Shown here: positions 1 to 6,159 of the stretch, in pieces
How positions within the stretch are numbered: position 1 is the stretch's first letter
How the letters are laid out: each line of letters begins with the position of its first letter
From: Serratia sp. H1w
Lineage (GTDB): Bacteria; Pseudomonadota; Gammaproteobacteria; Enterobacterales; Enterobacteriaceae
Assembly (NCBI RefSeq): GCF_000633355.1
Contig: NZ_AYMQ01000004.1
Location: 12,630-36,629, forward strand
DNA length: 24,000 nucleotides
Direction: 5' to 3'
Program-made: the position numbers and the translations under genes
Notes under the pieces: generated by a model
What the model was told of the DNA's origin: nothing
Databases searched by the model: none
The model's input: only the letters and a program-made list of their open reading frames with translations

Positions 1-229
1 GATTGAGTGCCGTGAGGCGGCCCTTGGCGATAATGCCCGTTGAAGCCACGGCGATAAAATCAACCTGATGACGATACGGGGCAATCAGCGTTTCCAGAGT
101 GGCTGACAGCTGTTGGGTACCGCCGCGTGGCGTGGCAATCTGTTGACGTTGGATCAACGTTCCCTCTTCGGTGACGATGGCCGCCGCAATTTTTGTCCCG
201 CCGATATCCAGTGCTAAACCTTTTCCCAT
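1..229 (-). CDS. nanK: N-acetylmannosamine kinase (ROK family), N-terminal ~76 codons only; the gene continues past the left window edge
   Basis: Not in the ORF track because no stop lies in the window. Reverse-strand translation from the ATG (complement of 227-229) reads [37 protein letters not shown]...[19 protein letters not shown]. The DIGGTK ATP-binding motif and the ASTGII segment are colinear with the E. coli NanK N-terminus. It lies next to nanE/nanA. Confidence 0.8.
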   Translation of the reverse strand, partial: MGKGLALDIGGTKIAAAIVTEEGTLIQRQQIATPRGGTQQLSATLETLIAPYRHQVDFIAVASTGIIAKGRLTALN

Positions 230-461
230 GGTGCGTTCCTCAATGCTGCTAAAAAATGTCAGGGCGCTGCGCAGAAACTATGGCAACTCCTTAGTCAAAA
301 CTCCATTATTATTTTTATTTTGGAGTTTCGCTCCCATAAGTTATCCATAACCTTGAGCAGCCGCACAGATTTACGCTTGGACTGCGTTGCATAACCCGAT
401 CAAAAGTTTTACCATAATGGAGCAATGCTTCATTTTGTTTTAATTTCTGGAGTTTAAAGTC

Positions 462-1178
462 ATGCGCAGTCAGACCGTAAACAATCAGGGCCATCTTCGC
501 CATCAACTGCAAAATGGCCTTATCGTCTCATGCCAACCGGTGCCCGGTAGCGCGATGGATAAACCAGAGATCGTTGCGGCAATGGCTAGCGCAGCCGTCG
601 ATGGCGGTGCCGTGGCTTTACGTATTGAAGGTATCAGCAATATCTGCGCCGTACGTCAGGTGGTCAAGGTGCCGATTATCGGTATCATCAAACGCGATCT
701 GGCCGATTCGCCGGTGCGGATCACTCCCTGGCTGGAAGATATTGACGCACTGAGCGAGGCTGGCGCAGACGTTATCGCTTTTGATGTTACCCGTCGGGCA
801 CGCCCGGTGTCGGTGGAAGAATTGTACCTGCGGGTGCGTGCCACCGGCCGTTTGGCGATGGCTGATGCCTCTTCTCTGGAAGACGGGCTGTTGGCACAGC
901 GGTTAGGCATCGATTTTATTGGTACCACCCTGTCGGGCTATATTGACCCGCCGGTACCCAACGAGCCGGATATCGAACTGGTCAGGCAGTTGGCGCAGGC
1001 CGGGTGTCTGGTGATTGCCGAAGGGCGCTATAACTCGCCAACCCTGGCGGCGATGGCCATCTCAGCGGGGGCGTGCGCCGTCACCGTAGGCTCAGCCATT
1101 ACCCGTATCGAACATATTTGCGGCTGGTTTCACACGGCGATTGCCCAACGTGAAGCCACCAAGCTGACAGAATTCTGA
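462..1178 (+). CDS. nanE: N-acetylmannosamine-6-phosphate 2-epimerase
   Basis: 238-aa ORF. Segments [58 protein letters not shown] and [15 protein letters not shown] closely match E. coli NanE. GGAG lies 9 nt upstream of the ATG. Confidence 0.92.
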   Translation: MRSQTVNNQGHLRHQLQNGLIVSCQPVPGSAMDKPEIVAAMASAAVDGGAVALRIEGISNICAVRQVVKVPIIGIIKRDLADSPVRITPWLEDIDALSEAGADVIAFDVTRRARPVSVEELYLRVRATGRLAMADASSLEDGLLAQRLGIDFIGTTLSGYIDPPVPNEPDIELVRQLAQAGCLVIAEGRYNSPTLAAMAISAGACAVTVGSAITRIEHICGWFHTAIAQREATKLTEF

Positions 1179-1225
1179 TTGCGGCCTGACGCGGCCACCC
1201 ACTATGCAAAGTCCTAAGGATGTAC

Positions 1226-2128
1226 ATGAAAAAGCTTACAGGTTTGATTGCTGCCCCCCATACGCCTTTTGATGAACAAGGTGAGGTCAACTACCCGGTT
1301 ATCGATCAAATTGCCGAGCACCTGGTCAACGATGGGGTCACGGGCGTTTATGTTTGCGGCACCACTGGCGAAGGCATTCATTGCTCGGTTGAAGAGCGCA
1401 AAAAAATTGCCGAGCGCTGGGTCAAGGCCGCTCAGGGCAAACTGTGCATCACGCTGCACACCGGCGCGCTCAGCATCAAGGACGCGGTTGATTTATCCCG
1501 CCATGCGGAAACGCTGGATATTTTTGCTACCTCGGCCATCGGCCCTTGCTTCTTTAAGCCGGGCGACCTCAACGACCTGATCGCCTACTGCCAGGCGATT
1601 GCCGCTGCCGCACCGTCAAAAGGCTTCTATTACTACCATTCCGGCATGTCGGGGGTGAATCTGGATATGGAACAGTTCCTGATCAAAGCCGAATCACAAA
1701 TCCCCAACCTGTCAGGGATTAAGTTCAACAGCGCCGATCTGTATGAGTATCAGCGTTGTCTGCGCGTCAGCGACGGTAAATTTGATATCCCGTTCGGCGT
1801 TGATGAGCATCTGCCCGGTGGTCTGGCCGTGGGGGCGATCGGCGCGGTTGGCAGCACCTATAACTATGCGGCTCCGCTGTTCCATAAGATCATTGCCGAT
1901 TTCAACGCAGGCGACCAGGCTGCGGTAAAACAGGGCATGGACCAGGTTATCGCTTTGATCCGCGTTCTGGTTGAGTTTGGTGGCGTGGCGGCCGGTAAAG
2001 CAGCGATGCTGGTACACGGCATCGATGCGGGTAATCCGCGTCTGCCACTGCGCACACTGACCAAAGAACAGAAGCAAACGGTCGTTAGCAGAATGCGTAG
2101 CGCTATCGCGATCACTGCTCACCAGTAA
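1226..2128 (+). CDS. nanA: N-acetylneuraminate lyase, NPL/Vibrio type (DapA/NAL class I aldolase family)
   Basis: The ORF track starts at 1220 (MYMKKL). The second ATG at 1226 has better AGGA spacing and matches the MKKL.GLIAAPHTPF start of this family. Motifs: CGTTGEG, FYYYH, the Schiff-base Lys context SGIKFNS, FGVDE and GAVGSTYNY. It is closer to vertebrate NPL and Vibrio NanA than to E. coli NanA, and sits directly downstream of nanE. Confidence 0.88.
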   Translation: MKKLTGLIAAPHTPFDEQGEVNYPVIDQIAEHLVNDGVTGVYVCGTTGEGIHCSVEERKKIAERWVKAAQGKLCITLHTGALSIKDAVDLSRHAETLDIFATSAIGPCFFKPGDLNDLIAYCQAIAAAAPSKGFYYYHSGMSGVNLDMEQFLIKAESQIPNLSGIKFNSADLYEYQRCLRVSDGKFDIPFGVDEHLPGGLAVGAIGAVGSTYNYAAPLFHKIIADFNAGDQAAVKQGMDQVIALIRVLVEFGGVAAGKAAMLVHGIDAGNPRLPLRTLTKEQKQTVVSRMRSAIAITAHQ

Positions 2129-2148
2129 GTAAAAACGTGGAGTTGGTT

Positions 2149-2174
2149 AATAAGGGCGCTTTGACGTCCTTATT
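2149..2174. terminator. Stem-loop between the convergent nanA and B3/B4 genes (AATAAGGGCG-ctttga-CGTCCTTATT); no clear U-tract on either strand
   Basis: Inverted repeat read directly from the sequence. It overlaps the stop codon of the minus-strand gene (2170-2172). Confidence 0.3.
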
Positions 2175-2841
2175 CTTGGCTGATAGGTGTTACCATACTT
2201 CCAGGCCAAATGTTTTTTATCTGTTGTGTCAGCACCTGACTTAAAGCAGCAATGTCCGCTGTTGCCGTATCATGCATCGCCTCCATCACAATCAGTGCTT
2301 GGGTGGTGTATTGACTCACCGCAGAGTAACCACTTTGCCGATGTGTCCAGCGCCTGGCATGAGCATAGCCGGCAGCATCGGCAAAGATCACTTCACCCAC
2401 CGAAGGTGACTCGGTGGTACCAGAGAACGTTTGGTAAATCTCATTCCCCTGCGCATAGCACACCTGGAGGTCACCGTTGATCTTCTGTCGATCGAATACG
2501 GCAATTGGAATGGCGAAGGCCAGTGAAAGCGCATTGCATAAATCGATCAGTGGAAAAATGGTTGGTAACAATCCCTCTTTTCGTAGGCGGCGCAATAGTG
2601 ATTCCGCCGCGCAGCGATACTGGGTTGGTTTTAGTCCCATTAGCACGAAGGCGTGTCGCCAGGCTTGGATCTCTGTAAGGCCGCTTTCGGTACCACCACT
2701 TAAGCGGGCCACTGCCTGGCGGCTGAAGTCGATGACCGGCAGGCTGACATCTGCTTGCTGGTCGATCCCTTCAACCAGCAGGCAGCAAGATGCTAGAGCT
2801 GGGAAGGAGGAGCGTAGAGAATTGGCATAGTTAAAGTTCAT
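2170..2841 (-). CDS. Stand-alone B3/B4 (PheT-like tRNA-binding/editing fold) domain protein; function unknown
   Basis: 223-aa ORF. The segment PLIDLCNALSLAFAIPIAVFD parallels the conserved VDxxNxxxLxxGxPxHxFD core of the PheRS beta-subunit B3/B4 domain. Length is typical of stand-alone COG3382-type proteins. Confidence 0.7.
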   Translation of the reverse strand: MNFNYANSLRSSFPALASCCLLVEGIDQQADVSLPVIDFSRQAVARLSGGTESGLTEIQAWRHAFVLMGLKPTQYRCAAESLLRRLRKEGLLPTIFPLIDLCNALSLAFAIPIAVFDRQKINGDLQVCYAQGNEIYQTFSGTTESPSVGEVIFADAAGYAHARRWTHRQSGYSAVSQYTTQALIVMEAMHDTATADIAALSQVLTQQIKNIWPGSMVTPISQE

Positions 2842-2922
2842 GACTCACCATAAAAGCGTTAAGGTTATTTCCGCTACTCTGAAGCTCATTGTGTTCGGAG
2901 TCTTGAACGAAATTGCAGCCGT

Positions 2923-3723
2923 TCAGCATTGGCGTAGACGGCGGGCATAGAGGCCAGGAGAAATTCCCAGTGTGCGGGTAAACTGGCGTGTCATATGGCT
3001 TTGGTCGGCAAAACCTGCCGCTACGGCACTCTCTGCCAGTGAGGTGCCATTGGCAATCAACCGTCTGGCGAGCTGGATCCGGCGCTGGATCAGGTAAGCA
3101 TGTGGGGTGATGCCGATAGTTTGTTGAAAGCTGCGGATCAGTTGATAACAGCTGATGCCGCAGAGCTGGGACAGCTCGCCAAGGGAAACCGGGGTGGCGG
3201 GATCGTCGTCAAGACGCTGTTGGGCCAGACGTAGCGTTGGCATGGTTACCATCGGTTCACGATGGTGAAATAACCGAGCTAACAGCAGGAACAGGGACTG
3301 CTCTTGAGCCAGTGGACTGCCCGGTTGCGGTTGGGTGATACAGCTAAACAGGCTGTGAAAACAGCTGGCGACCCTGTTATCGCTCAGGACAGGTAATGAA
3401 AACTCACTACCTGATAATTTGCCTGTCCCCAGTTCGCTGGTGGCTTGCGCTATCAGCTCTGGCTCCAGATAGAGCATGCGCCATGAGCGAGGCCCTTCAC
3501 CCATGGGACGACCATCATGTACTTCACCGGGGTTGACCGTAATGATGTCACCCGATCCGGCTTCAACCAGCCCACGGCCACTGAGTGATTTTTGTGCCCC
3601 AGAGATGATCAGCCCGATGCCAAACTGGGTGTGAAAATGCTTTGGGTAACTGTGGCGAGTGGTGGCTATTACCGCTTCGATGCCCGGCACAGAAAAGGAT
3701 GGCATACTGAATTGGGATGGCAA
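2923..3723 (-). CDS. AraC-family transcriptional regulator with an N-terminal cupin-type sensor domain
   Basis: 266-aa ORF. The N-terminus is cupin-like (HSYPKHFH..GDIITVNPGEVHDG). The C-terminus has a dual HTH (SLGELSQLCGISCYQLIRSFQ ... AVAAGFADQSHMTRQFTRTLGISPGLY). It lies 81 bp upstream of, and on the same strand as, the B3/B4 gene. Confidence 0.85.
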   Translation of the reverse strand: MPSQFSMPSFSVPGIEAVIATTRHSYPKHFHTQFGIGLIISGAQKSLSGRGLVEAGSGDIITVNPGEVHDGRPMGEGPRSWRMLYLEPELIAQATSELGTGKLSGSEFSLPVLSDNRVASCFHSLFSCITQPQPGSPLAQEQSLFLLLARLFHHREPMVTMPTLRLAQQRLDDDPATPVSLGELSQLCGISCYQLIRSFQQTIGITPHAYLIQRRIQLARRLIANGTSLAESAVAAGFADQSHMTRQFTRTLGISPGLYARRLRQC

Positions 3724-3884
3724 TCGCTAGCTCCTCTGTGTCAGGTGTTTTAGCGCAGTATTGACAGCCTATCACCCTTCATGGCGACTGGCAGCGCCTT
3801 TTCTTGTTCTGCCCCCGCGTTTTCCTGCCCGCTATTGGTTATCATCAACTATCGCTTTTCACTTGGTTTGAAGGATTATCCCCG

Positions 3885-4760
3885 ATGAAACATCCGCTGG
3901 TGGCCGTGTTGGCTCCGCTGCTCGATGATGGGCAGGGGATCCGGCAGGTTTATTTTGCCGGTAACCAACATCCGGCCCCGGAACTGGCCTATCAGGTAGG
4001 CTTTCCGCGCCTTGAGCTGGTGGTGGACGGGGAGCAGGAAATGGAGTGGGAAGGCAGCCAGGGGGCGCGGCATCGGCAGATATTGCTGCCGGGGGATGTG
4101 CTGTTTGTCCCAGCGCAAGGTTGGAACAGCCCGCGCTGGCAGCAACCCACTACCACGCTCAGCCTGTTGTTTGGCAAGCAGCAACTGGGATACAGCCTGC
4201 TGGGTTGGGACGGGGAAGGCACGCTGCTGCTGGGTAAAGACAATGTGGCGCGTCGCGGCCCGCGCGTAGGGTCGTTTATGTTGCAGGCGCTGAACGAACT
4301 CTCCTGGCATCAGAGCGATCAGCCCACCGCACGCTTTCTGGTGAAGGGTTTGTTGAGTCATGCGCTCGATCTGTTTGGCACCTCGGTGAGAACTGCCTCG
4401 CGTAGTCAGGCGCTGTTTGATGCGGTGCGCAGTCATCTGGAAGAGCATTATCGCGAGCCGTTAACCCGCGAGTCGGTGGCTCAGGCGTTCTATATCTCGC
4501 CCAATTACCTTTCTCACCTGTTCCAGAAGGCCGGTGGCATCGGTTTTAACGAATATCTTAATCACGTGCGGCTGGAGCAGGCCAAGCACCTGCTCAAACG
4601 CTATGACATGAAGGTGAAAGAGGTGGCGCACGCCTGCGGGTTTGTCGACAGTAACTATTTCTGCCGCCTGTTTCGCAAGAACACCGAGCGCTCCCCGTCG
4701 GAATACCGTGGCCAATACCACAGCGAGCTGGGCCCCTCTCCCACAGAGAAAGGGAATTAG
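3885..4760 (+). CDS. yijO: AraC-family transcriptional regulator, positional equivalent of E. coli YijO (convergent with frwD)
   Basis: The ORF track starts at 3804. The ATG at 3885 (MKHPLVAVLAP) is preceded by AAGGA and gives 291 aa. The C-terminal AraC HTH reads SVAQAFYISPNYLSHLFQK ... VAHACGFVDSNYFCRLFRKNTERSPSEYR. The symbol rests on synteny with the E. coli frw locus, not on a search. Confidence 0.7.
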   Translation: MKHPLVAVLAPLLDDGQGIRQVYFAGNQHPAPELAYQVGFPRLELVVDGEQEMEWEGSQGARHRQILLPGDVLFVPAQGWNSPRWQQPTTTLSLLFGKQQLGYSLLGWDGEGTLLLGKDNVARRGPRVGSFMLQALNELSWHQSDQPTARFLVKGLLSHALDLFGTSVRTASRSQALFDAVRSHLEEHYREPLTRESVAQAFYISPNYLSHLFQKAGGIGFNEYLNHVRLEQAKHLLKRYDMKVKEVAHACGFVDSNYFCRLFRKNTERSPSEYRGQYHSELGPSPTEKGN

Positions 4761-4792
4761 TCCAGCGTCGTTGGCGGGTAATGCGGCACTGC

Positions 4793-4817
4793 GTAGGGGC
4801 AGCTGCATGCTGCGCCC
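4793..4817 (+). repeat. REP-type palindromic element (GTAGGGGCAGCTGCATGCTGCGCCC)
   Basis: Member of a family with further copies at 14643, 15672, 15721 and 17338. It is an imperfect palindrome centred on GCATGC. Confidence 0.7.
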
Positions 4818-4860
4818 GTGTTAAAACCAGATGTGGGAGTAAAATTTTGGCACGGTCGGT

Positions 4861-4893
4861 CCCCTCTCCTTGGGGAGAGGGTTAGGGTGAGGG
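4861..4893 (-). repeat. Hairpin repeat, copy 1 (reverse complement CCCTCACCCTAACCCTCTCCCCAAGGAGAGGGG), ending 3 nt from the frwD stop codon
   Basis: Near-identical copies lie at 13527-13561 and 13653-13686. The internal stem is CCCTCTCC/GGAGAGGG. Spurious ORFs across it read ..PLTLTLSPRRGD../..GEGWGEG.. Confidence 0.8.
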
Positions 4894-4896
4894 AGA

Positions 4897-5241
4897 TTAC
4901 ACCACGCGGATATGTGTTTCCTGGGGGGAGGCTGCGGCCTTGCGTACCGCACTGAGCGCCTTCTCCGGCGTACGCAGAAAGGTGTTGATGCCGATCTGCA
5001 CGCAACGGTGATGCTCAAAACGCTCGCTTTCCGCCAGCAGGATGTCGCTGATCAACAGCACCACGTCGGCCTGGGCCAGATCGTCCGCCGTCAGCGAGTT
5101 TTCAATACCTAATGCCCCCTGCGTTTCTACTTTGACCGGCCATTTCTCCTGCGCACACAGTTTTTCCAGCCGTTCGGCAGCCATATAGGTATGGGCGACC
5201 CCGCTGATACAGGCCGTAACCGCTACGAGTTTTATCGTCAT
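4897..5241 (-). CDS. frwD: PTS fructose-like EIIB component (second EIIB of the locus)
   Basis: 114-aa ORF. The N-terminal VAVTACISGVAHTYMAAE carries the PTS_IIB(Fru) phospho-Cys motif. AAGAGG RBS. It is the last gene of the frwC-frwB-pflD-pflC-frwD order, as in E. coli. Confidence 0.85.
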   Translation of the reverse strand: MTIKLVAVTACISGVAHTYMAAERLEKLCAQEKWPVKVETQGALGIENSLTADDLAQADVVLLISDILLAESERFEHHRCVQIGINTFLRTPEKALSAVRKAAASPQETHIRVV

Positions 5242-5262
5242 ACCAGCCTCTTTATGTTCTGT

Positions 5263-6159
5263 TCAACCGCCAATGATGACCCGGTAACCCGCCTGCTGTG
5301 CCATCGCCTGCAAGGGGGCAACCTCTTGTTCTGTCGGGGCCGCGACCCCGCGCATGGCATATTCACGCCCTAAAAGAGTGTATTTTGCCTCGCCATACTG
5401 GTGAAAAGGCAACAGGTGGATCTCTTGTAGCCCAAAAGGTGCCAGGAACGCCAGCACCTGCGCCATATTCTCCGTGCTCAAAGTGTAGCCGGGTATTAAC
5501 GGCAGGCGAGGGATCAGATTAACTCCGTGCTGTACCAGCGCGGTAAAGTTTGCCAACACCCGTGGCAGATTGATGTTCAACTGACTTTTAGCGGCGTTGG
5601 CATCCATGATCTTCAGGTCAAACAGGATCTGATCGCAGTGTTCCGCCAAGGCCAATACGTGGGCTTGCGAGGCATCCCCGGCGGTTTCGACGGCGGTATT
5701 GATACCTAGTGCCTGTAAGCGCTGCAATAGCTGGGTAGCAAACTCGGCCTGCATCAGCACTTCACCGCCGGAGAGCGTCACCCCACCGCCGGAAGTGCGA
5801 TAAAACACCTCATCCTTGAGAATTTGCTGTAACAGCGCCTCCAGGGTAATGTTTTGGCCGATCAGCTCCATCGCTCCGCTTGGACACTCTTGCGCATCGT
5901 TCAGGCAGGGCTGGCAACGCAGGCACTTGGCCTTGCGCCGCACGCGGTGGATCTTGCCCGACATCGACTCTGGGTTAGCACACCATGGGCAGCTATGCGG
6001 GCAGCCTTTGAAAAACACCACGGTGCGGATGCCCTGCCCATCATTCAGCGAATAACGCTGAATATTGAAAATGCGGGCCTGCGGCTCGGTGTGAGTTGCC
6101 CGGGAAAACCCGGGCGTGATCAGGCTACAGTTGATGCGCTGTACGGCGGATGATGTCAT
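5263..6159 (-). CDS. pflC: Glycyl-radical enzyme activating enzyme (radical SAM), PflC type
   Basis: The ORF track starts at 6210. The ATG at 6159 (MTSSAVQRINCS) has a strong AAGGAG RBS (complement of 6167-6172) with 7 nt spacing, giving 298 aa. The radical-SAM motif CPHSCPWC (CX3CX2C) is encoded at 5980-6003. An extra Cys-rich segment KCLRCQPCLNDAQECP follows. The start overlaps the pflD 3' end by 35 nt. Confidence 0.9.
   Translation of the reverse strand: MTSSAVQRINCSLITPGFSRATHTEPQARIFNIQRYSLNDGQGIRTVVFFKGCPHSCPWCANPESMSGKIHRVRRKAKCLRCQPCLNDAQECPSGAMELIGQNITLEALLQQILKDEVFYRTSGGGVTLSGGEVLMQAEFATQLLQRLQALGINTAVETAGDASQAHVLALAEHCDQILFDLKIMDANAAKSQLNINLPRVLANFTALVQHGVNLIPRLPLIPGYTLSTENMAQVLAFLAPFGLQEIHLLPFHQYGEAKYTLLGREYAMRGVAAPTEQEVAPLQAMAQQAGYRVIIGG

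Noticed and set aside
315-512. 65-aa minus-strand ORF in the nanK/nanE divergent region, overlapping the nanE start
   Set aside because: It has no RBS, lies in AT-rich promoter DNA and overlaps the nanE initiation region. I cannot exclude a small protein, but nothing supports one.
3896-3903. Chi octamers GCTGGTGG (also 12184-12191, 17188-17195 and 21272-21279, all plus strand; complement copies near 6214 and 13985)
   Set aside because: The frequency is unremarkable for enterobacterial coding DNA of this GC content, and there is no local clustering suggesting a specific function.
3876-4448. 190-aa minus-strand ORF and several 60-85-aa ORFs overlapping the yijO-like gene
   Set aside because: They are antisense to a well-supported AraC-family CDS, and their composition is R/Q/L/P-rich noise.
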